Shown here: positions 1 through 8,857 of the stretch, in pieces
Layout of the letters: the number at the start of each line of letters is the position of its first letter
Position numbering within the stretch: position 1 is the stretch's first letter
NCBI GenBank assembly: GCA_041178425.1
Contig: JBEGVH010000040.1
Span: 32,001-96,000 of the forward strand
Origin: Pseudomonadota bacterium
GTDB lineage: Bacteria; Bdellovibrionota; Bdellovibrionia; Bdellovibrionales; Bdellovibrionaceae
Direction of reading: 5' to 3'
DNA length: 64,000 nt
Translations under genes and position numbers: made by a program
Notes under the pieces: model-generated
Seen by the model: the letters and a program-made list of their open reading frames with translations, nothing else
Database searches by the model: none
Told to the model about the DNA's origin: nothing

Positions 1-1
1 C

Positions 2-1300
2 CGTGGACAGGAGTCTGCTGGAGTCGTTTCTCTTAATGAAGGGCAACATATTCACCATAAAGGGCTCGGACTTGTGGGAGATGTTTTTTCTGAAGGCGAC
101 CTCGTTCGCCTTCAAGGACGAGCTGCCATTGGGCATGTTCGGTATTCCACCACGGGTCAAAATCTTCTAACGAATGCACAGCCACTCACAGCTCAGCTTT
201 ATAATGGGCCTGTTGCCGTTGCGCACAACGGAAACATTATCAATGCTCACGAGTTAAGAGCCGAACTACAAAAGGCTGGCAGTATCTTTCATGGCACGAA
301 CGACACAGAGGCTTTACTTCATTTAATGGCTCGGCACCCGAGTGATCAATTAATCACTGCGGTTAAAGAGTCGGTAGAAAAAATGGAGGGAGCTTTCAGT
401 TTTGTGGTGATGAACCATGACCGCTTAGTTGCTATTCGCGACCCGTATGGATTTCGCCCCTTAGTATTGGGTAAAAAGAAAAACGAAGCCGGGGAATGGG
501 CTTACATTGTAGCCTCTGAAACCTGTGCTTTTGATTTACTTGGGGCACAATTAGTTCGCGAGATCGAGCCGGGTGAAATATTTTGGTTAGATAAAGACGG
601 CGAACATAGTCTTTTGATGAATCGGACCGTTACTCGACAAGCGCGATGTATTTTTGAACATGTTTATTTTGCACGTCCTGATTCAGTTGTTTTTGGGCAC
701 AGTGTTTATGAATCTAGAAAAAACTTTGGTCGTGTTCTCGCTAGAGAAAATCACGTTGATTGCGATATTGTCGTGCCGGTGCCAGACAGTGGTGTTCCTG
801 CGGCGATAGGATACAGTGCTGAGAGCGGTGTTCCCTTTGAACTTGGGATTATTCGGAACCACTACGTGGGGCGTACATTCATTCAACCTCAGCAAAGCAT
901 TCGAAGCTTTGGTGTTAAAATCAAACTAAATCCCCAGTCTGCCGTGCTTGCTGGTAAAAGGGTTGTTGTCATCGATGATTCGCTTGTGCGAGGAACTACC
1001 TCAAAAAAAATTATCGGTTTGATCAGAGCGGCGGGAGCCAAAGAGGTGCATATGCGCATTGCCGCTCCACCAACGATTAGTCCGTGTTTTTACGGTGTTG
1101 ATACGCCTGATCGCTCTCAATTAATTGCAGCCCAGCAGTCGATTGAAGATATTCGGCAGTTTATTGGTGCCGATAGCCTTTCTTATTTATCGATGGAAGG
1201 CCTTTTTGGAGCAATCAAGGCTTCGCCTCAAAAATTTTGTGCCGCTTGTTTTGATGGAAAATATCCAACACCACTTCATGGTATGGAATCAAATCTCTAA
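2..1300 (+). CDS. purF: Amidophosphoribosyltransferase (5' end lies upstream of the window)
   Basis: Frame is open from base 2 (RGQESAG...); GHVRYST, AHNGN, CIFEHVYFARPDS, PRPP loop VVIDDSLVRGTTS, PCFYGVD and C-terminal CAACF Fe-S ligands. Confidence 0.97.
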   Translation, partial: RGQESAGVVSLNEGQHIHHKGLGLVGDVFSEGDLVRLQGRAAIGHVRYSTTGQNLLTNAQPLTAQLYNGPVAVAHNGNIINAHELRAELQKAGSIFHGTNDTEALLHLMARHPSDQLITAVKESVEKMEGAFSFVVMNHDRLVAIRDPYGFRPLVLGKKKNEAGEWAYIVASETCAFDLLGAQLVREIEPGEIFWLDKDGEHSLLMNRTVTRQARCIFEHVYFARPDSVVFGHSVYESRKNFGRVLARENHVDCDIVVPVPDSGVPAAIGYSAESGVPFELGIIRNHYVGRTFIQPQQSIRSFGVKIKLNPQSAVLAGKRVVVIDDSLVRGTTSKKIIGLIRAAGAKEVHMRIAAPPTISPCFYGVDTPDRSQLIAAQQSIEDIRQFIGADSLSYLSMEGLFGAIKASPQKFCAACFDGKYPTPLHGMESNL

Positions 1301-1312
1301 AAATTGGAAAAT

Positions 1313-1323
1313 TGGGGACAGAC
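1313..1323 (-). repeat. REP-like motif TGGGGACAGAC (inverted copy of GTCTGTCCCCA), left boundary of the RAYT unit
   Basis: Perfect 11-bp inverted match to 2591-2601; the same 10-mer core recurs at 3704, 4577, 8735 and 8786. Confidence 0.7.
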
Positions 1324-1478
1324 GCTTTAATGGCCCAGGCCTGAGGTTTAGAAAGCTCAGGCTTAGAATGTAAAAGCCGCAAATTCCCAGACCGAATTCC
1401 GATATTCGAGCCCATCGGACGCAGGATCGAAGCTATTCTGTTTAGAGTGTATCATGGAAATTGCAGAAAAATGGATAT

Positions 1479-2207
1479 ATGAGAATACCAAGATCCATTC
1501 AGTTATGGCCCACACAAGGAACAGTTCATCTTTTTTGGAGATGTCACAATCGTGAGTATCATCTTCGTTCAAAAGACATGAAGAATCTTTATTTTGAATC
1601 TATGGAGAGAGCTTTGAATTATCGCAAGAATGGAGAGAACTGTCTGGTGCACTCCTTTTGTGCCATGAATAATCATTTCCATCAGACGGTGAGCTACTTG
1701 AAGGGGTGGGAACGTTTATCTGCTACCTTTCAGTATGGTCATGGAATATTTGGTGCTAGATTCAATCGTAAAACCAGCAGGTGTGGTGCCGTATTTAGTG
1801 GACGACCCAAAACACCCCTGATTCAAAATCAAGCCCATGAACGACGAGTTCATTTTTATGTTGAATCGAACCCTATTCGGGCTGGAATCTGTAATTATGA
1901 AAATCTAATTAATTATTCCTATTCAAGTTTCGGATTTTATGCTCATGGAAAGAAAACACGTTACACATCGTTGCTCTCTATTCCCCAATGGTACTTGCAG
2001 CTGGCGAGAACTTGGAGAGCTCGACAACGTCGTTATAGAAAATTATTTGAGCTTTATCTTGGTCTTCAAGACAAAAAAGAATCGAGTTCGTTTTTTGATC
2101 TTTATATTGGTGATGATAGTTGGACCGAATATGAAAAAAAACGAGTTAAAAAGAGTATGGGGAATTCGGAGATTGTTATTAATATGATAAAGCTCGAGAG
2201 TTCTTAG
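1479..2207 (+). mobile_element. HUH Y1 tyrosine transposase, REP-associated (RAYT) / IS200-like
   Basis: HLFWRCHNRE, HUH motif CAMNNHFH, FNRKTSRCGAVFSGR, catalytic Tyr in YVESNPIRAG, YSYSSF; ATG at 1479 preferred to TTG 1461. Confidence 0.85.
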
Positions 2208-2588
2208 TTGGCTGAGACTCAAAACTACTGATTGTTCGATTTGGTAGTTAGGTGACTCTTACTCCTGGAGAGGTTAATTGGAATTAATCCGCACTGGTTC
2301 GGCTTGTTGTAATTTAATCAGACCTAAAATTAAAAAAAAACAACTGCATTGTCTGATAAAGTGTTGTAAAAACAATACTTTGTTCGTTCGCCTTATAGAC
2401 TCATGCCAATGGATGTGCATTTTTATTTAATTGTGCACGGTTAAATTTTCTTAGGACCAGATTCAATTTAGCTGCGCTGTGTTAGATTGAGATCTAAAGA
2501 TTCAAAGCTTCGTCGATTATTATTCTTGTTGGGCTGTTTTTTTTGGGGCTATCGAAGGTTAATGTTACCTGTTCCGAAACCTCCTCCC

Positions 2589-2601
2589 GGGTCTGTCCCC
2601 A
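2589..2601 (+). repeat. REP-like motif GGGTCTGTCCCCA, right boundary of the RAYT unit
   Basis: Seen directly; inverted relative to 1313-1323. Confidence 0.7.
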
Positions 2602-2674
2602 GGGATCGGCAAACAACGAAGTGCTGAAAGTATTATGATGAATTTATTTTTCTGATTTGGGAGTAAAAAAGTTT

Positions 2675-4165
2675 ATGCGATCTTCTCTTCCTGTTTTTTA
2701 TCAGATTTATATCCAAATTGTACTTGTCGTTAGTGCCTTGTTTTTTATTCATTTTCTTAAAGGCTTACAAGTATGCAAAAATGATAGAACAAAGCTTTCG
2801 TTGAACTATTTATTTCTTTGCTTGTGGGCTTTTTGTTACTCATTTTTATTTTGGTTTCGACTAAGCTTTTCCGGATTAATTGACTTGATTCACATGCGGC
2901 ACCTTTTATGGATTTTGAGCCTTATTACTAATACCTTTTACGTTGAAACACTGGCTGCCTATCTTGAAATTCAAAATTCAGTGGTCTCTACCATAAGGAA
3001 AGGATTGATTTTCTTTACGGGTTTATTTGTTTTTTTCGAGCTTCATTTTTTGGGGACAGGCCACTCTCTAATTTTTGTGGAGTCAGCAAGGTCGCAGGCA
3101 AATCTTTTTAACGTTTTGGTTGGGGTAAATACTTCTAGCCCAACTCCGCTCATGAAAGATCTAAGCTTTATTTTAAGTATTTTTGTTATTTTTCTGACTC
3201 TTTATTACCTTAAGTTGGCTTATGCCAGAAAACGCAAAGAGGTTCTTTTAACTTTAGGAATTGGAATTACATTTGCTGCGTCAATGAATGAGGTTTTGAA
3301 TTCAATGGAAGTTGTTGAAAGTATTGCTTTTTTATTCGCATCAAAAGCAGTGGAAGTTTTTAGGATCGGGGAGTTTTTAAGTCGTCAGCGAATAGCTGCC
3401 GTTCAGGCAATGAAAATAGAGATTCGATCGTTATCGAAAATGGCCGCTTATTCGTTTATAGCTGGAGGTTTGATGCATGATATTAGGACGCCCATATCTG
3501 TAATTTCAGCCCATTTGGAGAAATTAAGAAGACGCTTCAAGGAAATAAAATCCTCTCAAGATTCTGATTTAAATTCAAATTTGACAGCGGTGGTTGATAA
3601 CTTAGATTTATCCGTGGGCAAGATGAGTGATCAGATGGATCGTATTCAATCGATGTTATTCAGTTATCTAGATTTGGTCCGGACTACAAATAACCATACC
3701 AGGGTCTGTCCCCTCGGGGAGATAGTAGAACAGGCCTTGGAGTTATCGCAGCCTCGAGTTATTTCATCTGGTGTGTCACCGATAATTGTTGAGTTGATTC
3801 CCAATGTTTTGGTGAAAGGTGTCCCCGTTCAAATCGAGATGATTTTAGCCAATCTCTTTAATAATGCTATTGATACCATTAAAGAAAAACCATTGGGAAA
3901 TGTACGGTTAAGCTTCAAGCTTTATTCAACAAAGATTGCCCTGACCGTATCAAACACGGGCCCGATTGATGATGCAACTTTGCAAAAAATACTCAAAAAA
4001 CAGCCCGTTTCGACAAAGGGTGCAGATGGGAATGGAATAGGCCTGCGGATAGTCTCTGAGCTTTGCCGCGCTAACAATGGGGAACTAGCAATTTTTAATG
4101 ACGATGGGAGGGCAAATATTGAGGTAGCCTTTCCCATAGAGGGCAGAGTCGCCACCACGATATAG
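2675..4165 (+). CDS. Membrane-bound sensor histidine kinase (orphan)
   Basis: Multi-TM N-terminus, H-box GLMHDIRTPIS, N-box NLFNNAID, G-box STKGADGNGIGL. Confidence 0.88.
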   Translation: MRSSLPVFYQIYIQIVLVVSALFFIHFLKGLQVCKNDRTKLSLNYLFLCLWAFCYSFLFWFRLSFSGLIDLIHMRHLLWILSLITNTFYVETLAAYLEIQNSVVSTIRKGLIFFTGLFVFFELHFLGTGHSLIFVESARSQANLFNVLVGVNTSSPTPLMKDLSFILSIFVIFLTLYYLKLAYARKRKEVLLTLGIGITFAASMNEVLNSMEVVESIAFLFASKAVEVFRIGEFLSRQRIAAVQAMKIEIRSLSKMAAYSFIAGGLMHDIRTPISVISAHLEKLRRRFKEIKSSQDSDLNSNLTAVVDNLDLSVGKMSDQMDRIQSMLFSYLDLVRTTNNHTRVCPLGEIVEQALELSQPRVISSGVSPIIVELIPNVLVKGVPVQIEMILANLFNNAIDTIKEKPLGNVRLSFKLYSTKIALTVSNTGPIDDATLQKILKKQPVSTKGADGNGIGLRIVSELCRANNGELAIFNDDGRANIEVAFPIEGRVATTI

Positions 4166-4179
4166 TTTAGGCGACCTCA

Positions 4180-5790
4180 TTAACGAATAACGGTTTTGAA
4201 AAAGTCGTTACCCTTATCATCGAGAATGATAAACGCAGGAAAATCTTTTACTTCAATTTTCCAGACGGCTTCCATTCCTAATTCTTTAAAATCAAGGACC
4301 TCAACCTTTGTTATACACTCTTTGCCAAGGCGTGCAGCAGGTCCACCAATAGAGCCAAGATAGAAACCCCCATGTTTTCGGCAGGCCTCGGTGACTTGGG
4401 GACTTCTGTTTCCTTTACCCAACATAATCATGGAAGCACCTAAGCTTTGGAAGGTTCCGACATACGGATCCATTCTCTCGCTTGTTGTTGGGCCAAATGA
4501 ACCTGAAGCATAGCCTTTCGGTGTTTTCGCTGGACCAGCATAGTACACCGCATACTTTTTGAAGTAATCAGGGAGGGTCTGTCCCCGGTCGACCATTTCT
4601 TTGAGCTTGGCGTGGGCGATGTCTCTGGCAACAATCATTGGGCCATTGAGCATGACTCTTGTCGCAACCGGCTGCTGCCCTAGGAGTTTAAGAGTTTCTT
4701 CAATTGGTTGGTTCAGATCAATCTGCAAAACCGGCTCATTCGAATTATTGAGATTCGCAGGAAGAAAACGGGCCGGGTGCTCCTCGAGTTGTTCTAAAAA
4801 AAGCCCCTCTTTAGTGATCTTTGCCTTTATATTGCGATCAGCGGAGCAGCTAACGCCTATTCCCACAGGACAGCTTGCGCCGTGACGGGGGAGCCGTATA
4901 ACCCGCACATCATGAACAAAATATTTACCTCCAAATTGAGCTCCGATTCCTAATTCGCGAGCCCAAATCTCAACTTGTTTTTCCATTTCGATGTCGCGAA
5001 ACGCTCGCCCACCTTCATTTCCAGTTGTTGGCAGGCCATCGAGATATCCGGCTGAAGCGTATTTAACAACTTTGAGATTTTCCTCTGCAGAAGTTCCTCC
5101 GACAACCAGGGCGAGATGATAGGGAGGGCAGGCGGCCGTTCCAAGTGACTTCATTGCCTCTTTGGCAAACTGCTCAAATCCTTGAGGGTTTAATACAGCC
5201 TTCGTTTTTTGATATAAATAGGATTTATTTGCACTCCCACCACCCTTCGCAACGAAAAGAAAATGGTATTCATCTCCAGGTTCTGCATAAAGGTCTATTT
5301 GAGCCGGAAGATTAGTTCCAGTATTCTTCTCTTCATAAAAGGTGAGCGGTGCCATCTGAGAAAAACGAAGATTCTGTTTTTGATAGGTATTGTAAACCCC
5401 TTCTGATAAATATTCTTTATCATCAGCACCGGTAAATACGAGCTCCCCTTTTTTGCCCATGATAATCGCCGTACCTGTGTCTTGACAGGAGGGGAACTCT
5501 CCTTCAGCGGCAATCACTGCGTTACGTAAGAGGTCAAGAGCAACGAAGCGATCGTTATCGGACGCCTCTGGATCTTTAAGAATATTGGCTAGTTTTTCTA
5601 AGTGGCTCGCGCGTAAAAGATGAGAGACATCTCGCATGGCTTCTTCGGACAAAACAGCGAGTGCCTTTGGTTCAATGACGAGAACTTCTTTTCCATTAAA
5701 TATTTCTGTTCTTACGTAGTCTTTAGAAATTTGTCGATACGAACAAGAGTCTTTAGCTTTCTCGTAAAGTGGAAAATACTTAAACGTCAT
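4180..5790 (-). CDS. fumA: Fumarate hydratase class I (Fe-S)
   Basis: [51 protein letters not shown]. Confidence 0.96.
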   Translation of the reverse strand: MTFKYFPLYEKAKDSCSYRQISKDYVRTEIFNGKEVLVIEPKALAVLSEEAMRDVSHLLRASHLEKLANILKDPEASDNDRFVALDLLRNAVIAAEGEFPSCQDTGTAIIMGKKGELVFTGADDKEYLSEGVYNTYQKQNLRFSQMAPLTFYEEKNTGTNLPAQIDLYAEPGDEYHFLFVAKGGGSANKSYLYQKTKAVLNPQGFEQFAKEAMKSLGTAACPPYHLALVVGGTSAEENLKVVKYASAGYLDGLPTTGNEGGRAFRDIEMEKQVEIWARELGIGAQFGGKYFVHDVRVIRLPRHGASCPVGIGVSCSADRNIKAKITKEGLFLEQLEEHPARFLPANLNNSNEPVLQIDLNQPIEETLKLLGQQPVATRVMLNGPMIVARDIAHAKLKEMVDRGQTLPDYFKKYAVYYAGPAKTPKGYASGSFGPTTSERMDPYVGTFQSLGASMIMLGKGNRSPQVTEACRKHGGFYLGSIGGPAARLGKECITKVEVLDFKELGMEAVWKIEVKDFPAFIILDDKGNDFFKTVIR

Positions 5791-5840
5791 GGCAATTACC
5801 TCCGAAAAACAGGATAGAGGATTACAGATAGTTTTGAGGC

Positions 5841-5856
5841 TGGCAAACCATTTGCA
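5841..5856 (+). promoter_or_regulatory. Putative sigma-54 promoter (-24/-12)
   Basis: TGGCAAACCATTTGCA, GG-N10-GC spacing, about 50 bp upstream of ORF 5907. Confidence 0.55.
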
Positions 5857-5906
5857 CTGTATAACACTAGGTCAAATTACTCATTAGATGCCTCAAAAAG
5901 AGGGTT

Positions 5907-6659
5907 TTGAGAATTGGTTTTGGAGGACTTTTGAACAACTGTAAAACATTTTTGCACATAGTGTTCCTTCTTAACCTAACTATTCCCTTTTTGGGTTGGG
6001 CCGAACAAATTCGACCTAACTCAGGCAAAGGTTTGTGTAACAACACTGCAGGTGATGAAACCTCAATGGTTTATGTAAAGCCAAAGATGGTGAGCGGATT
6101 GAAAAAATTCGACTTAACACTGGTTCTGTTGAAGAAAAAACCGAAGCTACAGACGGATCGAAAATTCTATCATGGCTTTGACTGTTTCTCAGGAAATGCC
6201 GGAGCTCGTAAGGCCTACTTTTGCAAGGGCGAAGTCGAAGGGGGAGCACAGATCCTTCTCTCGGTGAGTCAGGCCGACGAGGGTTTTCAAGTCGTCTGGA
6301 AAACTCGAGAATCGGATTCCGAGGATTTTAGTTCCCTGGATTGGGGCTCGGGTTTTCAGTGTAATCTCGACGGAATCATCAAGGATTCGGTGGTTGCTCC
6401 CCAATCTAAGGTAGAAACTATCAATCGAGCGGTTGTCTCGCCTATCCCCCCCAAATTAGCTGGCAAAGAAGACCCGCCTAAAGAGACTGAAGTCAAAGTT
6501 ACAAAGAATAAAAAAGAAAAGACGCCCCCCGAGGTGGTCTATTGGGATCCCGAAGAGGATGCAAAAAAAACCATCGTCTCTCGTCAGCTTTCATCTCCAA
6601 AGAGTTCGTATTCATCGGATTCTCTCTCTGAGTCGGAAAGTTCATACGGTGCTCAATAG
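5907..6659 (+). CDS. Hypothetical exported protein
   Basis: 250-aa ORF with signal-peptide-like N-terminus, four Cys in the mature part and a low-complexity Pro/Ser/Lys tail. Confidence 0.6.
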   Translation: MRIGFGGLLNNCKTFLHIVFLLNLTIPFLGWAEQIRPNSGKGLCNNTAGDETSMVYVKPKMVSGLKKFDLTLVLLKKKPKLQTDRKFYHGFDCFSGNAGARKAYFCKGEVEGGAQILLSVSQADEGFQVVWKTRESDSEDFSSLDWGSGFQCNLDGIIKDSVVAPQSKVETINRAVVSPIPPKLAGKEDPPKETEVKVTKNKKEKTPPEVVYWDPEEDAKKTIVSRQLSSPKSSYSSDSLSESESSYGAQ

Positions 6660-6662
6660 TTT

Positions 6663-7331
6663 TTACCATGGTAGTTCTTCGCCATTCGCATGCCAGAAGG
6701 TTCCAGAATTTTCCAAGTTCAGTTGGTCTATGCGCTGGAGGATATTTGTCGCTGCCACACGCGGACTTATGTCGCCATTAAAGCCAACCATTCGAGTTTG
6801 AACAAATCCTGGGTGCAGAAGTCCAATGGCAATGTGCTTCTTTTTTAAATCGATCGCCAAACTTTTTCCGAAGGCATTCAATGCCGCCTTAGAAGCTCGA
6901 TAACCATAGTAGCCTCCGCTCGAATTGTCAGCGATAGAGCCCATTCTGCTGGTTATCATCGCGATTTTAGAATGGCTGGTCATTTTTGGAATGAGACTGA
7001 GGGTGAGTAACAAAGGTGCTAGAGCGTTAGTATCAAATTGTTGTCGGATGGAGTCAGGATTCATGCTCTCGATGGTGTCGTTTGCGAGGATGCCCGCATT
7101 GTTTATCAGAAGACTAATTGAGTTCATGTTGAGTAAGTCATGGAGATGATTCCAGCTTTTTGAGTTGTTGACATCCATTCCATCTACAACAGCGATTTTA
7201 AGCTCTTCAAGTTCAGCGCTTCTTTCGCGGCACGTGCCGATGACATTCAACCCTCTTTCTTTTAGTAGTTTGCATAGCTCAAGTCCGATACCTCTATTTG
7301 CTCCTGTGACGACGGCGTATTCCATTCTCAT
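6663..7331 (-). CDS. Short-chain dehydrogenase/reductase, CsgA (C-factor)-like
   Basis: TGANRGIG, LINNAGI, SRMGSIADN, YRASKAALN, LHPGFVQT. Confidence 0.93.
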   Translation of the reverse strand: MRMEYAVVTGANRGIGLELCKLLKERGLNVIGTCRERSAELEELKIAVVDGMDVNNSKSWNHLHDLLNMNSISLLINNAGILANDTIESMNPDSIRQQFDTNALAPLLLTLSLIPKMTSHSKIAMITSRMGSIADNSSGGYYGYRASKAALNAFGKSLAIDLKKKHIAIGLLHPGFVQTRMVGFNGDISPRVAATNILQRIDQLNLENSGTFWHANGEELPW

Positions 7332-7430
7332 CCTCTATTAATGTTCTAGGTTCAGAAAGACACCCGATTCGATCTCGTGAAAACATGCATAGAAGCACTC
7401 CTCACTCTCTTCGATTGAAAAAGGTTTTTG

Positions 7431-8636
7431 TTATCCTTGTTTAAAAAGTTTTTGGCCCGGATAGATTCCTTGGTCTCCAGCCACTCTCGTGGCCACCAGG
7501 GTTACAAGGATAACAAAGGGTGTAATATTCCATCCAAAATACTCTATGGCCAGAACAGCACAGGTCCAAGGGGTCTTTGCCGCTGAAGCGAAAAGTGAAA
7601 CAAAACCGATTGCTGCAAATAGAAATATTGGCTGATCGAGGAATTGAGCGATGACGCTTCCCGTGGTCGCGCCAATAAAAACGAGAGGGATAAATTCTCC
7701 TCCCTTAAAACCTGTGGCGAGTGCAATTATTGTTAGAAAAAACTTAATAATGGGTGTGTCCCAAGTTGGCGCAGCAATAAAAGTTGTGCGAATGGTTTCG
7801 AGGCCAAGCCCCTGGTAACGTTCGAGGGGAAATACCAAATAAAGAGCCAAAAGAATTGAACCACCTAGGAAAGCTCTCCAAGACGGACTGATGGTTTTCA
7901 AGAGATGTTCGGCAAAATGCATAATGCGGACGTGAGCTCTAGAAATCAATCCGATGACAAAAGAGAAAACAATCAAACTCATCAATAAAGATAAATTTAT
8001 TTCGGGAAATGAGACGAGCTGAGGTTCAAAATGGGGCGACTTCATTGCAACGGACGTTGCCCATGCAACAAAGCTTGCAATAAAGCATTCTAGCACTACC
8101 GTTTTTTCAATATGACCAACGACGATAACCTCCAAAGCGAAAATGGCTCCAGCAACAGGTGCGCCGAGAGCCGCTCCAAATCCGGCACTCAAAGCAGCCA
8201 TTAAAACCCATCGTCGTTCTTTGATCTTTATATGAAAGTATTTGGCTATTCGGTCGGCTGTAGCAGCCGACATTTGTAGGGCCGTTCCCTCGCGCCCGAC
8301 GGAGGCTCCGACCAGGTGGGAGAGAAGTGTTGTGAGGTAGATGAGTGGGGCCATGGCGAACGGAGCTATTTGCTGGGGTTTGTGAATTTCCTCAAGAACT
8401 AATTTTATCCCTTTCTCTGCGCCAAAGCCGAAGGATCGGTACAGCCAGGGAGTGGCGAGTCCGACCAAGGGTAGCCCCAAGATGAAATAGGGATGCTCCT
8501 GACGCTCTATGGTGATCCATTGAAGGGTAATGAGAAAAAGAGCCACTAAAATGCCTGAGACGAGGCCAATGATTCCACTGACCGTGTACGCCTTCATTTT
8601 TGCGGGAGATGCTAGGTGCTTGAATTGATTTTTCAT
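7431..8636 (-). CDS. CLC-family anion transporter, CLC-F (fluoride exporter)-like
   Basis: GREGT signature, GFKGGEFIP, multiple TM helices, no CBS domains. Confidence 0.85.
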   Translation of the reverse strand: MKNQFKHLASPAKMKAYTVSGIIGLVSGILVALFLITLQWITIERQEHPYFILGLPLVGLATPWLYRSFGFGAEKGIKLVLEEIHKPQQIAPFAMAPLIYLTTLLSHLVGASVGREGTALQMSAATADRIAKYFHIKIKERRWVLMAALSAGFGAALGAPVAGAIFALEVIVVGHIEKTVVLECFIASFVAWATSVAMKSPHFEPQLVSFPEINLSLLMSLIVFSFVIGLISRAHVRIMHFAEHLLKTISPSWRAFLGGSILLALYLVFPLERYQGLGLETIRTTFIAAPTWDTPIIKFFLTIIALATGFKGGEFIPLVFIGATTGSVIAQFLDQPIFLFAAIGFVSLFASAAKTPWTCAVLAIEYFGWNITPFVILVTLVATRVAGDQGIYPGQKLFKQG

Positions 8637-8731
8637 GGGTTGTTAACTAACGCAAAAGAGGGCGTGGAGGCAATCAATGATTCCGATGGGTTAGACTCTA
8701 AGTGTGTGATTTTGAGAGTTGTGGCAAAGGT

Positions 8732-8795
8732 GGGGTCTGTCCCCAAAAAAGCGGCCGGGGAAGGGAAAGGGGCCGGGGAAGGGGGGTCTGTCCCC
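8732..8795 (+). repeat. Doublet of GGGGTCTGTCCCC motifs enclosing a G-rich tract
   Basis: Copies at 8732-8744 and 8783-8795; a direct repeat GGCCGGGGAAGGG lies between them (8753-8765, 8771-8783). Confidence 0.75.
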
Positions 8796-8857
8796 AAGAG
8801 GTGTGACGGGACAAGTCGAAGGGTGAAAAAGAGGGGGGAATTGTTTATTCAAGTGCG

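Noticed and set aside
8637..8730. Fluoride riboswitch upstream of the CLC gene
   Set aside because: Could not match the GGCGATGG...TAATG-type consensus on the minus strand by eye.
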